Shown here: positions 27,634-37,333 of the stretch, piece by piece
Numbering within the stretch: position 1 is the stretch's first letter
How the letters are laid out: each line of letters opens with the position of its first letter
Source: an uncultured Candidatus Saccharibacteria bacterium
GTDB lineage: Bacteria; Patescibacteriota; Minisyncoccia; Phycocordibacterales; JAACPR01
Reading direction: 5' to 3'
Assembly: GCA_964538855.1 (NCBI GenBank)
Contig: CAZIEY010000001.1
Span: forward strand, 82,811 to 146,810
DNA: 64,000 nucleotides
Translations under genes and position numbers: made by a program
The notes under the pieces: model-generated
The model's database searches: none
Told to the model about the DNA's origin: nothing
The model's input: only the letters and a program-made list of their open reading frames with translations

Positions 27634-29868
27634 TTGTCATTAATGGCTACAAAAAAAATCAACATGGCATCGACAACAAATGGGAGCGGAAAAAAACTTC
27701 TCATTGTTGAGTCACCTGCAAAAGCAAAAACTATTTCCAAATATCTGGGCGCGGATTTTACTGTGGTCGCATCAGTTGGTCACGTGCGCGATTTACCGAA
27801 GAATAATAAAAAAGCGATCGACATCAAAGCGGGCTTCGTGCCGACCTATGAAATCAGCGCCGGCAAAGATCACGTCATTTCAGAAATAAAACGCCTCGCA
27901 AAAAAAGCAGACGAAATTTATCTCGCGACTGACCCCGACCGTGAAGGTGAAGCAATCGCATGGCACTTGAAAGAAGTGCTCGGCCTCAAAAACGCACAGC
28001 GTGTCACATTTAACGAAATCACAAAAGAAACTGTGAACGAAGCTGTGTTACATCCGCGCAAAATCGACGACAATTTGCGAATCGCCCAGGAAGCGCGTCG
28101 TGTGTTGGACCGTCTCGTCGGTTACGATTTGTCAGGTTTGATTTGGAAAAAAGTTCGCTACGGATTATCTGCAGGTCGAGTTCAATCCCCTGCGCTCCGC
28201 ATTATCATGGAACGCGAACGCGAAATTCGCGCTTTCAAGCCAGAAGACTTTTGGGTTATTACTGCGACAACTGAAAATGCGAAAGCTCGATTTGGATTAA
28301 CTTGCGCCGAAGAGCCAAAAACTGTCGCGGAAGCCGACCGAATCGTGAGTGTCGGTCGCGCTGGAACGTGGACTGTTCGCGACGTAAAAGAAACCGCGGC
28401 GAAACGTTCTGCTCGTCCACCTTTTATTACTTCAACATTGCAACAGACAGCATCGACTCGTCTTGGATTTTCTCCTTCTCGAACCATGGGAATCGCTCAA
28501 AAATTGTACGAAGCCGGTCACATCACCTATATGCGTACCGACAGCGTGAACCTCAGCCAAAATGCGCTCGGGCAAATTCGCACCGTCGTTGGAAAATTAT
28601 TCGGTGAGGACAAATATCAATCGCGAGTGTTCGCTTCAAAATCAAAAAATGCACAAGAAGCCCACGAAGCAATTCGTCCGTCAGATATTTCAAAACGTTC
28701 TGCCGGCTCTACACCTGAACAGAAAAAATTGTACGAAATGATTTGGGCGCGTACTGTTGCGAGCCAAATGAAAGATGCCGAAGTTATGCGCACAAAATTG
28801 AGTGTCGCAGTTAATGGCGGCGAAACTCCTGATTTCACTGCAAACGGCCAGCGTGTGATTCGCGAAAACTGGTTGATGGCAGATCCTGCAGCGCGCGGCG
28901 AAGACGTCGAATTGCCGAGTGTTATAATTGGCGAGACTTTGAAATTGGTTCAAATTAATTCTGAAGGCAAACAAACATTGCCGCCAGGACGTTACACCGA
29001 AGCAGGCCTCATTAAAGAATTAGAAAAGCGCGGCATCGGTCGCCCTTCTACCTATGCATCTATTATTCGCACAATTACCGAACGTGAATATGTAACAAAA
29101 GAAGGCAAAACATTAATTCCAACTGATACTGGCGATGTTGTGTCTTCTTTCCTCGAACAGAATTTCGAAAAATACATCAGCGATTCTTTTACTGCTGAAA
29201 TGGAAAATGAATTGGATGAAATCGCAAATGGTGAACGCGATTACGTAAAAACAATGAAGGATTTTTACGGACCATTTTCTGATGACGTAAAATCAAAAGA
29301 AAAAATCGATAAATTAACAACGCTCGGCGAAGCTGATGCGAAATGGAAATGTCCAAAATGCGGCGCAAGTATGCAGATAAAACTCGGTCGTGGAGGAAAA
29401 TTTTTAAGCTGTTCCAAATATCCTGAATGCGATGGCGCTTTGACTATTGAAGGTCACGAAATCAAAGCCGACGAACCAATTGGAAATCACCCAACAAGCG
29501 GCGAACCAATTTTTGTGAAAGTCGGACGATTCGGCCCATACGTACAACTCGGAATCGGAGGTAAAGATGAAAAAGGCAAAAAAATAAAAGCGCGTATGGC
29601 AAGCATTCCGAAAGAAAAAAATCCAACGGAAGTTACAGTTGAAGAGGCAGCAAAATATTTGAGTGTACCTCGACCACTCGGTGCACACCCTGAAACAGGT
29701 GCAACTATTACCGCAGGCGTCGGACGCTTTGGTCCTTACATTGTGCACGAAAAAGATTTCCGATCTCTCAAGACCGACAGTGTGTACGATATTTCTCTCG
29801 AACGTGCCATCGAAATTTTGAAGGAACCGAAAAAGCCGCGAGGGTTTAAAAAGAAGGAGAAAAAGTAA
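27634..29868 (+). CDS. topA: DNA topoisomerase I
   Basis: TOPRIM (LLIVESPAKAKTI, TDPDREGEAIAWH), active-site Tyr region, C-terminal CxxC zinc ribbons (CPKCGASM…CSKYPECDG). Confidence 0.95.
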   Translation: MSLMATKKINMASTTNGSGKKLLIVESPAKAKTISKYLGADFTVVASVGHVRDLPKNNKKAIDIKAGFVPTYEISAGKDHVISEIKRLAKKADEIYLATDPDREGEAIAWHLKEVLGLKNAQRVTFNEITKETVNEAVLHPRKIDDNLRIAQEARRVLDRLVGYDLSGLIWKKVRYGLSAGRVQSPALRIIMEREREIRAFKPEDFWVITATTENAKARFGLTCAEEPKTVAEADRIVSVGRAGTWTVRDVKETAAKRSARPPFITSTLQQTASTRLGFSPSRTMGIAQKLYEAGHITYMRTDSVNLSQNALGQIRTVVGKLFGEDKYQSRVFASKSKNAQEAHEAIRPSDISKRSAGSTPEQKKLYEMIWARTVASQMKDAEVMRTKLSVAVNGGETPDFTANGQRVIRENWLMADPAARGEDVELPSVIIGETLKLVQINSEGKQTLPPGRYTEAGLIKELEKRGIGRPSTYASIIRTITEREYVTKEGKTLIPTDTGDVVSSFLEQNFEKYISDSFTAEMENELDEIANGERDYVKTMKDFYGPFSDDVKSKEKIDKLTTLGEADAKWKCPKCGASMQIKLGRGGKFLSCSKYPECDGALTIEGHEIKADEPIGNHPTSGEPIFVKVGRFGPYVQLGIGGKDEKGKKIKARMASIPKEKNPTEVTVEEAAKYLSVPRPLGAHPETGATITAGVGRFGPYIVHEKDFRSLKTDSVYDISLERAIEILKEPKKPRGFKKKEKK

Positions 29869-29869
29869 A

Positions 29870-30598
29870 TTAGAATTTCAAAATCCAAGTCGTTTGATTA
29901 ACATAATCAGCATCTTTTAATATCTCTGAAACTTGCTGGGCATCTGTATCGGATAATTTATACTTCTCAATTAATAATTCGGATAAACCTAGCACTTTTC
30001 GATTTTGTATACATTCGAATTCGATACCTTGTTCCTTAAAGAAGTCTTCAATTTGATTCGGTGTACTAAAAAAGAATTCCGATCTTTGTAATTGAGGGAT
30101 AGCACCACCAAACAACTTTTTCGACGCACTTTGTAATGGATCAGGATCTTGTGATTCCGCACCTTGATGTTGGATAATTCCAATTGTACGTCCAATTCTT
30201 TTCATCTCGGCAATAATTTGATGTTGTGATTCTAAATTATTCCATGCCAAAACATATCTGCATACAACAACATCTATACTTTTTTCTGGTATATCAATAT
30301 GACCTAAATCAGATTTAATCTTAATATCAGCCGAGTTATCAAGTAAATCATCTTCATTAACATCAACCGCAATTGAGTGAAATTCATATTCTGGTAGTAT
30401 GTTCAGTAAATCCCTTAAAAAAGCGCCCTTATGACTACCTAGATCTGCTAAGGAATAAGAGATTCCTGGTTGTATATACTTTCTCACCACATCAGCAAAT
30501 AGTGGCGCGGATTCAGCATACATAGAGTAGGCAGCATTCGATACAGCCTCGCCATGAAACATTTTAGGAGCATTATCTCCTTGTTCTTTGGGATTCAT
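29870..30598 (-). CDS. class I SAM-dependent methyltransferase
   Basis: LADLGSHKGAF motif I-like, VVVCRYVLAWN; 242 aa. Confidence 0.65.
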   Translation of the reverse strand: MNPKEQGDNAPKMFHGEAVSNAAYSMYAESAPLFADVVRKYIQPGISYSLADLGSHKGAFLRDLLNILPEYEFHSIAVDVNEDDLLDNSADIKIKSDLGHIDIPEKSIDVVVCRYVLAWNNLESQHQIIAEMKRIGRTIGIIQHQGAESQDPDPLQSASKKLFGGAIPQLQRSEFFFSTPNQIEDFFKEQGIEFECIQNRKVLGLSELLIEKYKLSDTDAQQVSEILKDADYVNQTTWILKF

Positions 30599-30617
30599 AG
30601 TACCAATATATACTACG

Positions 30618-31577
30618 TCAAATCGAAAAATTCTTCAACGAATACAAATCATCATCCTCTCTTAATTCATTTTTTGGATGATCAGCAATTTCTGTTGGGG
30701 CCACTTCATCCACGCCAGCAAGCGCCGTTTCACGTCGAGCTGCTTCGCGAGTTCGCAAAATTTCCATAATTTTTCGGAGGCTTTCTTCATCAAAATAATC
30801 AATTTCAATGCGACCACCGATTTCGCGAGGTTCAATGTGCACACGTGTACCTAATGTAGAGCTAACTTCTTCTTCCCATTCCACAATTTCAGGGTTGAAC
30901 ATGCGTTCTTTCTTGCGCACTTTGTCATAGGCGATTTTGCGAGAAATTTTTTCCGCATCACGCACCGTCATTTTCTTGAGCAAAATTTCTCGGAATAATA
31001 CCATTTGTTCTTCGGGACGATCAGCAAGCATCAACAGTGGTCGTGTGTGCCCTTCTGAAATCTTTCGATCGCGCAATGCATCTTGCATTTCTTGAGGCAA
31101 CAACAAAATACGAATCGTGTTTGAAATATATTCGCGGCTGCGTCCTACTTTTTTACCAATTTCGGCATGCGTGAAATTAAATTTTTCAGCGAGTTGTTGG
31201 AATGCGAGCGCGCGATCAATCGAATTCAAATCTTCGCGTTGCAAGTTTTCGATAATGGCCAATTCGAGTTTCGTTTTATCATCATCCTGCGAAGAGCGAA
31301 TCAACGCCGGCACTTCTTTGAGCCCCGCCAATTTTGAAGCACGCAAACGTCGTTCACCCGCAATCAATTCATATTCAGATGCGATTCCCCCGTCGTCTTT
31401 GATGATTTCGCGACGTGTCACCACAAGCGGTTGCAAAATACCGTACATACGAATCGAGTCAGCCAATTCCTGGAGGCGATTCGGATCAAATTCTTTCCGA
31501 GGTTGAAAAGGGTTCGGCTTGATTTTGTCGACTTCGATAAAGAAGACGGCATTATTTTGAAATGAAGAGTGTTCCAT
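30618..31577 (-). CDS. parB: ParB/Spo0J-family partition protein (no adjacent parA)
   Basis: ParB box GERRLRASKLAGL, HTH region, N-terminal IEVDKIKPNPFQPR. Confidence 0.8.
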   Translation of the reverse strand: MEHSSFQNNAVFFIEVDKIKPNPFQPRKEFDPNRLQELADSIRMYGILQPLVVTRREIIKDDGGIASEYELIAGERRLRASKLAGLKEVPALIRSSQDDDKTKLELAIIENLQREDLNSIDRALAFQQLAEKFNFTHAEIGKKVGRSREYISNTIRILLLPQEMQDALRDRKISEGHTRPLLMLADRPEEQMVLFREILLKKMTVRDAEKISRKIAYDKVRKKERMFNPEIVEWEEEVSSTLGTRVHIEPREIGGRIEIDYFDEESLRKIMEILRTREAARRETALAGVDEVAPTEIADHPKNELREDDDLYSLKNFSI

Positions 31578-31671
31578 GCAGACTATCTTACCATATTGAT
31601 TTCGGATAAAAAATCGAGTACACTTCTCTTATTGTGCATTTCGGGTGGATATCTGAAATGTGCGCAAAATT

Positions 31672-31755
31672 GCCGGAGTGGCGGAATTGGTAGACGCGCA
31701 CGACTCAAAATCGTGTATTCGAGAGGATGTGAGGGTTCGAGTCCCTCCCCCGGCA
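31672..31755 (+). tRNA. tRNA-Leu (anticodon CAA)
   Basis: GCCGGAGTGGCGGAATTGGTAGACGC… long variable arm, anticodon loop CTCAAAA, T-loop TTCGAGT; CCA not encoded. Confidence 0.85.
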
Positions 31756-31767
31756 CATTATTAAAAA

Positions 31768-31797
31768 ATCTCCTATTCTTTAGGGGATTTTTTAATA
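31768..31797 (+). terminator. intrinsic terminator after tRNA-Leu
   Basis: ATCTCCTA…TAGGGGAT hairpin followed by TTTTTT. Confidence 0.6.
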
Positions 31798-31969
31798 ACT
31801 GTGTAAGGGATCTGGGACGAGAAAGGCGGAGGCGTGGGTCCCCTGTGTCGAGAGTATCGAGACCTGGGGCGCCGAGCCGGGGTCGCGAACACTTAGATTT
31901 TTATGAGTGAGTCCCTCGAGCGAAATAAAAAGCTTAGTGATTCGTGACCGAGTCCCTCCCCCGGCACCA
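31798..31969 (+). repeat. tRNA-trailing GC-rich element ending in 19-21-nt direct copy of tRNA-Leu 3' end (with CCA)
   Basis: Blocks GCCGAGCCGGGGTCGCGAACACTT (31871-31894) and TTAGTGATTCGTGACCGAG (31934-31952) are shared with the Trp element; 31949-31969 cgagtccctcccccggcacca copies the tRNA-Leu T-arm/acceptor. Confidence 0.65.
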
Positions 31970-32027
31970 TTCAAAATTGCAGGACTTAATTGCGTATGAT
32001 AGATTAACAATCAGAAAGGAGGGTCCC

Positions 32028-32456
32028 ATGACGGAACCTCGTGAAGTGTCGCCGACAATAAAGCTGCGTAATTCTCTTTTGGAAATCATCGAGCAGTCGC
32101 GCAGGCAAGACGTCGGCCTCGTATTCATTATAGAAAAATATTTATCACGTGAAGATATGGAGTTTGCATTCCCAATACAACAAATCGGAGTGTTCAAGGA
32201 TGATACCATAAAATTCTTCGTAGATAGACAGTTTTGGAGTATCAATGGTGTATGGTGTGTCAAAAAAGGCTGCACAACCATCGCATTCACAATAAATCCG
32301 CACTTTAAAATTCAAAGGAATGGTGATATTATCACATGGTCTATGGGGCAAGACCCTGGTGCAAAACCTCCACCACACACGCAAGGGATTATCATGCGTC
32401 ACGTGGTTTTTGAGAGAAAGTTACCAGCCCCCAAACAACTATATCTGAACCTGTAG
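32028..32456 (+). CDS. hypothetical protein
   Basis: Strong SD (AGGAGGG) 7 nt before ATG at 32028; 142 aa; followed by a perfect 11-bp-stem terminator. Confidence 0.5.
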   Translation: MTEPREVSPTIKLRNSLLEIIEQSRRQDVGLVFIIEKYLSREDMEFAFPIQQIGVFKDDTIKFFVDRQFWSINGVWCVKKGCTTIAFTINPHFKIQRNGDIITWSMGQDPGAKPPPHTQGIIMRHVVFERKLPAPKQLYLNL

Positions 32457-32500
32457 CGCATTATATAAAAAATAATATGCGCTACAGGTTCGACTTTTTT
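32452..32500. terminator. bidirectional intrinsic terminator
   Basis: CTGTAGCGCAT…ATGCGCTACAG 11-bp stem flanked by A/T tracts; serves convergent genes 32028 (+) and murE (-). Confidence 0.7.
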
Positions 32501-33806
32501 ATTTCACCAGCTTTTGCAACTCTTCCCTCACCACAACTCGATCATCCCAGGGCGCAGATTTTTCACCAATCATAATCGACTGCTCCGCACCTTTACCTGT
32601 GATAAGCACCACATCTCCAGTTCTCGCTAATGTAAGCGCCTGATGAATCCCCGCGCGGCGATCTTCAATGACAAATAAATCTTTGCCACGAACTTTTCCA
32701 AACTTTTCAGCCACAATTGCAATATCCTCCAAAATTTTCTTCGGATCATCTTCGTATGGATCGACATTTGTCACCACCACAAAATCCGCCATCTTCGCAG
32801 AAAGCTCGCCCATAATTGCGCGCTTTGCCGTATCACGACCACCACCTTCGGCACCAAGTGCAATAATTGTTTTCGCACCAGCCGGTTTCATATTATTCGC
32901 GGTCTGCAACACATTCGTAATGCTTTGCTTTTCATGAGCATAGTCCACGAGCACGGTGAAATCTTGTCCTTCAATAATTTTTTCCATGCGACCAGGAATA
33001 ATTTTCAAGTCCAAAAGACCACGCGCAATTTCCGCATCGCTCGCCCCAAAAAGTCGCGCAATAATAATTCCGGGCATTGCATTGTACACATTAAACTTCC
33101 CTAAAATGCCAAGCTCGAAATTCGCAGAGTCGACACGGAATTTCACACCAGAACCAATTTCCTGAACCGCAGTCGCCACGACATTCGCCGGTTTTGAAAT
33201 TCCAAAGGTGATTTTTTTATCAGCTTTATGATTCAAATAGAAATCTGCGTGCTCACTATCAGCATTTGCAATGATAACTTTTTCAACACGTTTGCCCGAA
33301 ATCTTTTTCTGATGTGACGACAAGGCCGCAAACATCTTTGCCTTCATCTGTTTATATTTTTCAAAACTTCCATCATGCGAAGGCAAATGTTCCGGAGACA
33401 AATTCGTAAACACACCGATATCATAATAAATTCCAGTGTGACGAAATTGCTTGAGCCCCTCCGAAGTTGTCTCGACAATACAGAACTTGCACCCAGCACG
33501 AACCATCTCGGCCATTTTCTCTTGGATAACAAATCGCCCCGGCATCGTCATGTGATATTTATTCAAAAATTCTTGCTCTCCGATGCGGATATTTGCAGTG
33601 GTGATAATGCCAGTTGTATGACCACTTGCCATTAAACACGACCAAATAAAATTAATAGTGGAAGTTTTACCCTTGGTCCCCGTCACACCAATCACAATCA
33701 TTTTTTTCGAAGGAAATCCGAAATAAATTGTCGCACACATCGCGAGCATATAGTGATACAAGTACAAAAGTTGCTTTGGTAATAATTGTTTAATGAGTTT
33801 TTTCAT
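32499..33806 (-). CDS. murE: UDP-N-acetylmuramoyl-tripeptide synthetase (MurE-like Mur ligase)
   Basis: GVTGTKGKTST P-loop, DYAHEK…GGRDTAKRAIMG, NVDPYEDDP (DNPR-like) motifs; lacks an N-terminal domain. Confidence 0.65.
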   Translation of the reverse strand: MKKLIKQLLPKQLLYLYHYMLAMCATIYFGFPSKKMIVIGVTGTKGKTSTINFIWSCLMASGHTTGIITTANIRIGEQEFLNKYHMTMPGRFVIQEKMAEMVRAGCKFCIVETTSEGLKQFRHTGIYYDIGVFTNLSPEHLPSHDGSFEKYKQMKAKMFAALSSHQKKISGKRVEKVIIANADSEHADFYLNHKADKKITFGISKPANVVATAVQEIGSGVKFRVDSANFELGILGKFNVYNAMPGIIIARLFGASDAEIARGLLDLKIIPGRMEKIIEGQDFTVLVDYAHEKQSITNVLQTANNMKPAGAKTIIALGAEGGGRDTAKRAIMGELSAKMADFVVVTNVDPYEDDPKKILEDIAIVAEKFGKVRGKDLFVIEDRRAGIHQALTLARTGDVVLITGKGAEQSIMIGEKSAPWDDRVVVREELQKLVK

Positions 33807-34885
33807 CGTAGTAATGATTTGAAATATCGACGGAGATTATACATATGATACCAAAATGAATTCGTAACTACATCAAAAAATTCAGAGCGAATTACAGCCT
33901 CTCCTCCAAATTTCTTTTTGAAGGTTGTGATACCGTCCCAACCCTTGTACGTATCTGATTCAGCAGAAATTGCGCCGAAACTATAAAAATCGCAGCCGAG
34001 TTTTTTTGCGTGGCACACTGCGCGCCACTGTGCCAAATACGTCGGCATGCGGTTTCGTTCGTCGGCACTCGATCCGCCAAAGACGTAATTCGCCACCCCA
34101 CTAAACACAATAACTAAATCAATCGCCAAAACTTTTTCACCGAATTTCGCAACAGAAATATAGGAATCTTTCGAATCAAGGCCTGCAAAAACATTCTGAT
34201 AGTATTCTTTGGAATGGAGATGGAAATTATTTCGTTTCGCAGTATCCACCATTAATTGATAAAAGATGTCGAAGTATTTCCCAAAGTTTTCGGTCACAAT
34301 TTCTGAAGTGATTTGTTTTCGTTCAGCGAGACGAATCGAGTAACGAGTCTTTTCATGCATGTCCATCAAAATTTCATTTTCTGTTTTGTCCAATTTCAAA
34401 AACCATTCTACGCGAGGCTGAAAATATGCCGAGTGATAGGTGCAACGTGGTGACTTGGTAAAAAGTTTCGATAACACATCCGGCGCGATTGGTGGTGAAA
34501 AATCAAGTCGAGCAAAAACCGCGTTCTCTGCGCGGGCAATTTTTTGCAACTCTTGCCTTAAAAAGACAAGGAGTGGTTCCGAAACGCTTTTCACGACCGG
34601 CCCGAGTGGTACATACAAATATGTTTTTCCAAACACGAGTGGAAATCGTAATATCTGGAAATATGCGACCGGACCAGTATCATCAGAAATTAAAAAACGC
34701 TTTACCTCTCGACCCAAATTTTTCTGCCAAGATCCATACACATCGGCCTGAGTAAATGGTACATGTTGCGAAAGAGTACTCGGATCAAAATGTTCCTTGT
34801 CGCTCAGGGCCTTAATAATAAACGTGTTCATGGTGAATAAAAAATAATTTACGAGCTGATGCCTTGTTATAGAATAGTTTATCAA
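33803..34885 (-). CDS. FemAB-family peptidoglycan interpeptide-bridge aminoacyltransferase
   Basis: FemAB/FemX fold pattern (…FQILRFPLVFGKTYLYVPLGPV…, …VFGGSSADERNRMPTYLAQWRAV…); adjacent to murE. Confidence 0.6.
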   Translation of the reverse strand: MINYSITRHQLVNYFLFTMNTFIIKALSDKEHFDPSTLSQHVPFTQADVYGSWQKNLGREVKRFLISDDTGPVAYFQILRFPLVFGKTYLYVPLGPVVKSVSEPLLVFLRQELQKIARAENAVFARLDFSPPIAPDVLSKLFTKSPRCTYHSAYFQPRVEWFLKLDKTENEILMDMHEKTRYSIRLAERKQITSEIVTENFGKYFDIFYQLMVDTAKRNNFHLHSKEYYQNVFAGLDSKDSYISVAKFGEKVLAIDLVIVFSGVANYVFGGSSADERNRMPTYLAQWRAVCHAKKLGCDFYSFGAISAESDTYKGWDGITTFKKKFGGEAVIRSEFFDVVTNSFWYHMYNLRRYFKSLLR

Positions 34886-34965
34886 TTTTTCGTGGTTACG
34901 CCAAATGTAGCATTGTCAAAACTTCCCATATGTGGTAATTTCATATATAGAAAGGAGGCAAACCA

Positions 34966-35217
34966 ATGAAAGCCTCGAATTTGATCAGGGTGATCTTTCT
35001 CGTCATAGCCCTGTTTGGCGCAGGTTGCTATGAGAACGAGCCGTACATCGAGAACCGTGAACGTCAAGCGCGGTATGAACGAATCTACTACAAATCAGGA
35101 GAACAATACACGCACGGGGATTACTATTACTACTCTGACGGCTACTGTCACTACTGCAATTATAGGCAAGACGGTACCCCGGAGTGCGGCGAGAAACGTT
35201 GGAGGGATGATCACTAA
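34966..35217 (+). CDS. small Tyr-rich putative lipoprotein
   Basis: Strong SD AAAGGAGG; signal peptide with lipobox-like LFGAGC; 83 aa. Confidence 0.45.
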   Translation: MKASNLIRVIFLVIALFGAGCYENEPYIENRERQARYERIYYKSGEQYTHGDYYYYSDGYCHYCNYRQDGTPECGEKRWRDDH

Positions 35218-35298
35218 GAACACCACCACCCCTCGCGAACAGTTATCCCGAAAACCCGCCGCCAACGGGTTTTCCTTTTTATACTCATCAAATGTTTT

Positions 35299-36198
35299 AT
35301 GAAAAAAATAAAATCTAAGCCAAAAATCATCGTAATCCTCGGCCCGACCGCAACCGGCAAAAGTGACCTCGCGGTGAAAATCGCACGTACATGTAACGGC
35401 GAGGTTATTTCGGCTGACTCACGCCAAGTATATCGCGGCATGGACTTGGGCTCAGGAAAAATTACGCATGCGGAAATGCGTAACGTGCCACATCACTTGA
35501 TTGATGTCGCATCGCCTCGTTCGGTATACAATGTTGCGAAATTTCAACGCGACGCATATAAAGCCATCGATGACATTATTGCTCGCGGTAAAACTCCAAT
35601 CGTATGCGGAGGCACCGGTTTTTATATTCAATCAATTGTTGACGGCGTCATCGTTCCAGAAGTTCCTCCAAATCACGCACTCCGTAAAAAACTGGCGCGT
35701 ATGACGATAGACAAATTGTGCGAGAAGCTTAAACAATTAGATCCAGAACGATTGGCTGACATCGACACACAAAATCCCGTGCGCCTCATTCGAGCAATTG
35801 AAATTGCAACTGCGCTTGGTGCCGTGCCACAGATTGTGAAACAGCCACGATACAATTGTCTGCAAATCGGATTGACTATTCCCTTTGAAGAACTCGAGAA
35901 AAAGATTGCGAAACGCCTCACGAAGCGTATGAAACTTGGGATGCTCGACGAAGCAAAAAAGCTGCGCAAGGCCGGCATGTCGTGGAAACGAATGGAGTCA
36001 TTCGGGCTTGAATATCGATTCATGGCGCAATTTTTGCAAAAGAAAATTTCACGCGCTGAAATGATCGAGCAAATTCGTGTAAAAAGTTTACAATTTGCAA
36101 AGCGACAGATGCGGTGGTTTAAACGAGATGAGAGAGTGAACTGGTTTGCACCACATGACTTAAAAGGAATTTGTAAGATGTGGCATGGGTTTTTATAA
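35299..36198 (+). CDS. miaA: tRNA dimethylallyltransferase
   Basis: P-loop GPTATGKS, SADSRQVYRGMDLGSGK signature. Confidence 0.9.
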   Translation: MKKIKSKPKIIVILGPTATGKSDLAVKIARTCNGEVISADSRQVYRGMDLGSGKITHAEMRNVPHHLIDVASPRSVYNVAKFQRDAYKAIDDIIARGKTPIVCGGTGFYIQSIVDGVIVPEVPPNHALRKKLARMTIDKLCEKLKQLDPERLADIDTQNPVRLIRAIEIATALGAVPQIVKQPRYNCLQIGLTIPFEELEKKIAKRLTKRMKLGMLDEAKKLRKAGMSWKRMESFGLEYRFMAQFLQKKISRAEMIEQIRVKSLQFAKRQMRWFKRDERVNWFAPHDLKGICKMWHGFL

Positions 36199-36283
36199 TT
36201 ACTATTAAATTTGACAAAGCATATTTATATATGTAATGTATAGATGAAGCCCCGATCTTTGACCCACCCACAGGAGAACTGTT

Positions 36284-36544
36284 ATGCCCATCAAGTTGTG
36301 CGCCTGGATTGTAATCTTTTCCATACCTATAAAGGCCTTTTTCAAGTGGGCACAAAGAAAAATAACGTGCCCATACTGCAAAAAACCGACCTTGCCTTGC
36401 AGACTGGAAAGGGCGCCGCTCACCGTATGGTGCCCAAAGTGCAAATACCGTAGCCAACTCTTACCTTCTGGGTATTGGACCAGCGGTTGGTACAACTGGA
36501 GAACCGATCCTAAAATCCCGAAAAAATATAGGCTCCCACGCTAA
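36284..36544 (+). CDS. small Cys-rich (CxxC…CxxC) hypothetical protein
   Basis: SD AGGAGA; CPYCKK…CPKCK zinc-ribbon-like; followed by a terminator. Confidence 0.35.
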   Translation: MPIKLCAWIVIFSIPIKAFFKWAQRKITCPYCKKPTLPCRLERAPLTVWCPKCKYRSQLLPSGYWTSGWYNWRTDPKIPKKYRLPR

Positions 36545-36565
36545 CACAGCGTCCGGGAAAAACCG

Positions 36566-36598
36566 CCGATCCAATGAGGTCGGCGTGTTTATTTTTTA
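36566..36598 (+). terminator. intrinsic terminator
   Basis: CGCCGA…TCGGCG stem followed by TGTTTATTTTTT. Confidence 0.55.
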
Positions 36599-36611
36599 GG
36601 CTAACCCGTAA

Positions 36612-37073
36612 TTATTCTTCAAAACCCCGATACTCTAGTTTTGTAATATTGTATGGAATATGTATTGAAGTTATCTTATCGAGCAAGGTACCGTCCTCTT
36701 CTGCATAATAGACAGCGACGGATCCTGATTCGAAAACAGGTACTATATAATCCCCTTCACATCGTATTGTTCGAGAAATATCGTCGAAATCCACTGCCGC
36801 ATCTTCACAACTGAGAATTGCTTGTTTATACATCACATTTTCATACCAAGCTCTAAAAACTAATCCAGATTCACACACCATTATCCCGGTACAAACCGGA
36901 GCAAAGTCCAAGTCATAAAACACAGTATCTTTTTCTGTCAGTGATTCAGATAAAATAGTTTTAATAGGCTGTTTATCGATTTTATATTTAGCCGGGAAAA
37001 ACTGATAATCGATCACTAAAAGGATAGTAATGGCTGCGAAAATACAAAGTGAATATTTTATAGTTTTCTTCAT
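36612..37073 (-). CDS. hypothetical secreted/membrane-anchored protein
   Basis: N-terminal hydrophobic anchor; 153 aa. Confidence 0.45.
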   Translation of the reverse strand: MKKTIKYSLCIFAAITILLVIDYQFFPAKYKIDKQPIKTILSESLTEKDTVFYDLDFAPVCTGIMVCESGLVFRAWYENVMYKQAILSCEDAAVDFDDISRTIRCEGDYIVPVFESGSVAVYYAEEDGTLLDKITSIHIPYNITKLEYRGFEE

Positions 37074-37104
37074 GTGATTATACTAGCTTACATTATATAT
37101 CACT

Positions 37105-37333
37105 TGCGGGTCCACCACTCTCGGTCACGAATCACTAAGTAAAATGCTTCGCCTCGACCATATTTCGATAGATGATGACGGCTCGCATTTTACAAAGTGT
37201 TCGCGACCCCGGCTCGGCCATCCCAGATTTCGCTGCGCTCCATACTGGGACCCTTGGCCTGCGCCTTTCGAATCCTGGTGGACCTCGCAACAAAAATCGC
37301 CGCCTCCTCTCGGAGACGGCTCATTTTGTTGTG
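37105..37333 (-). repeat. tRNA-trailing GC-rich element ending in 13-14-nt direct copy of tRNA-Trp 3' end; contains inverted copy of tRNA T-arm
   Basis: Blocks GCCGAGCCGGGGTCGCGAACACTT (rc of 37195-37218) and ACTTAGTGATTCGTGACCGAG (rc of 37119-37140) are shared with the Leu element; 37105-37117 tgcgggtccacca duplicates 37332-37344; 37267-37284 ttcgaatcctggtggacc is the inverted complement of the tRNA 3' region. Confidence 0.65.

Noticed and set aside
31569-32010. ORFs 31569..31910 (+) and 31792..32010 (-) across tRNA-Leu and its trailing element
   Set aside because: They overlap the tRNA gene and terminator, and their composition is driven by the GC-rich repeat. Spurious.
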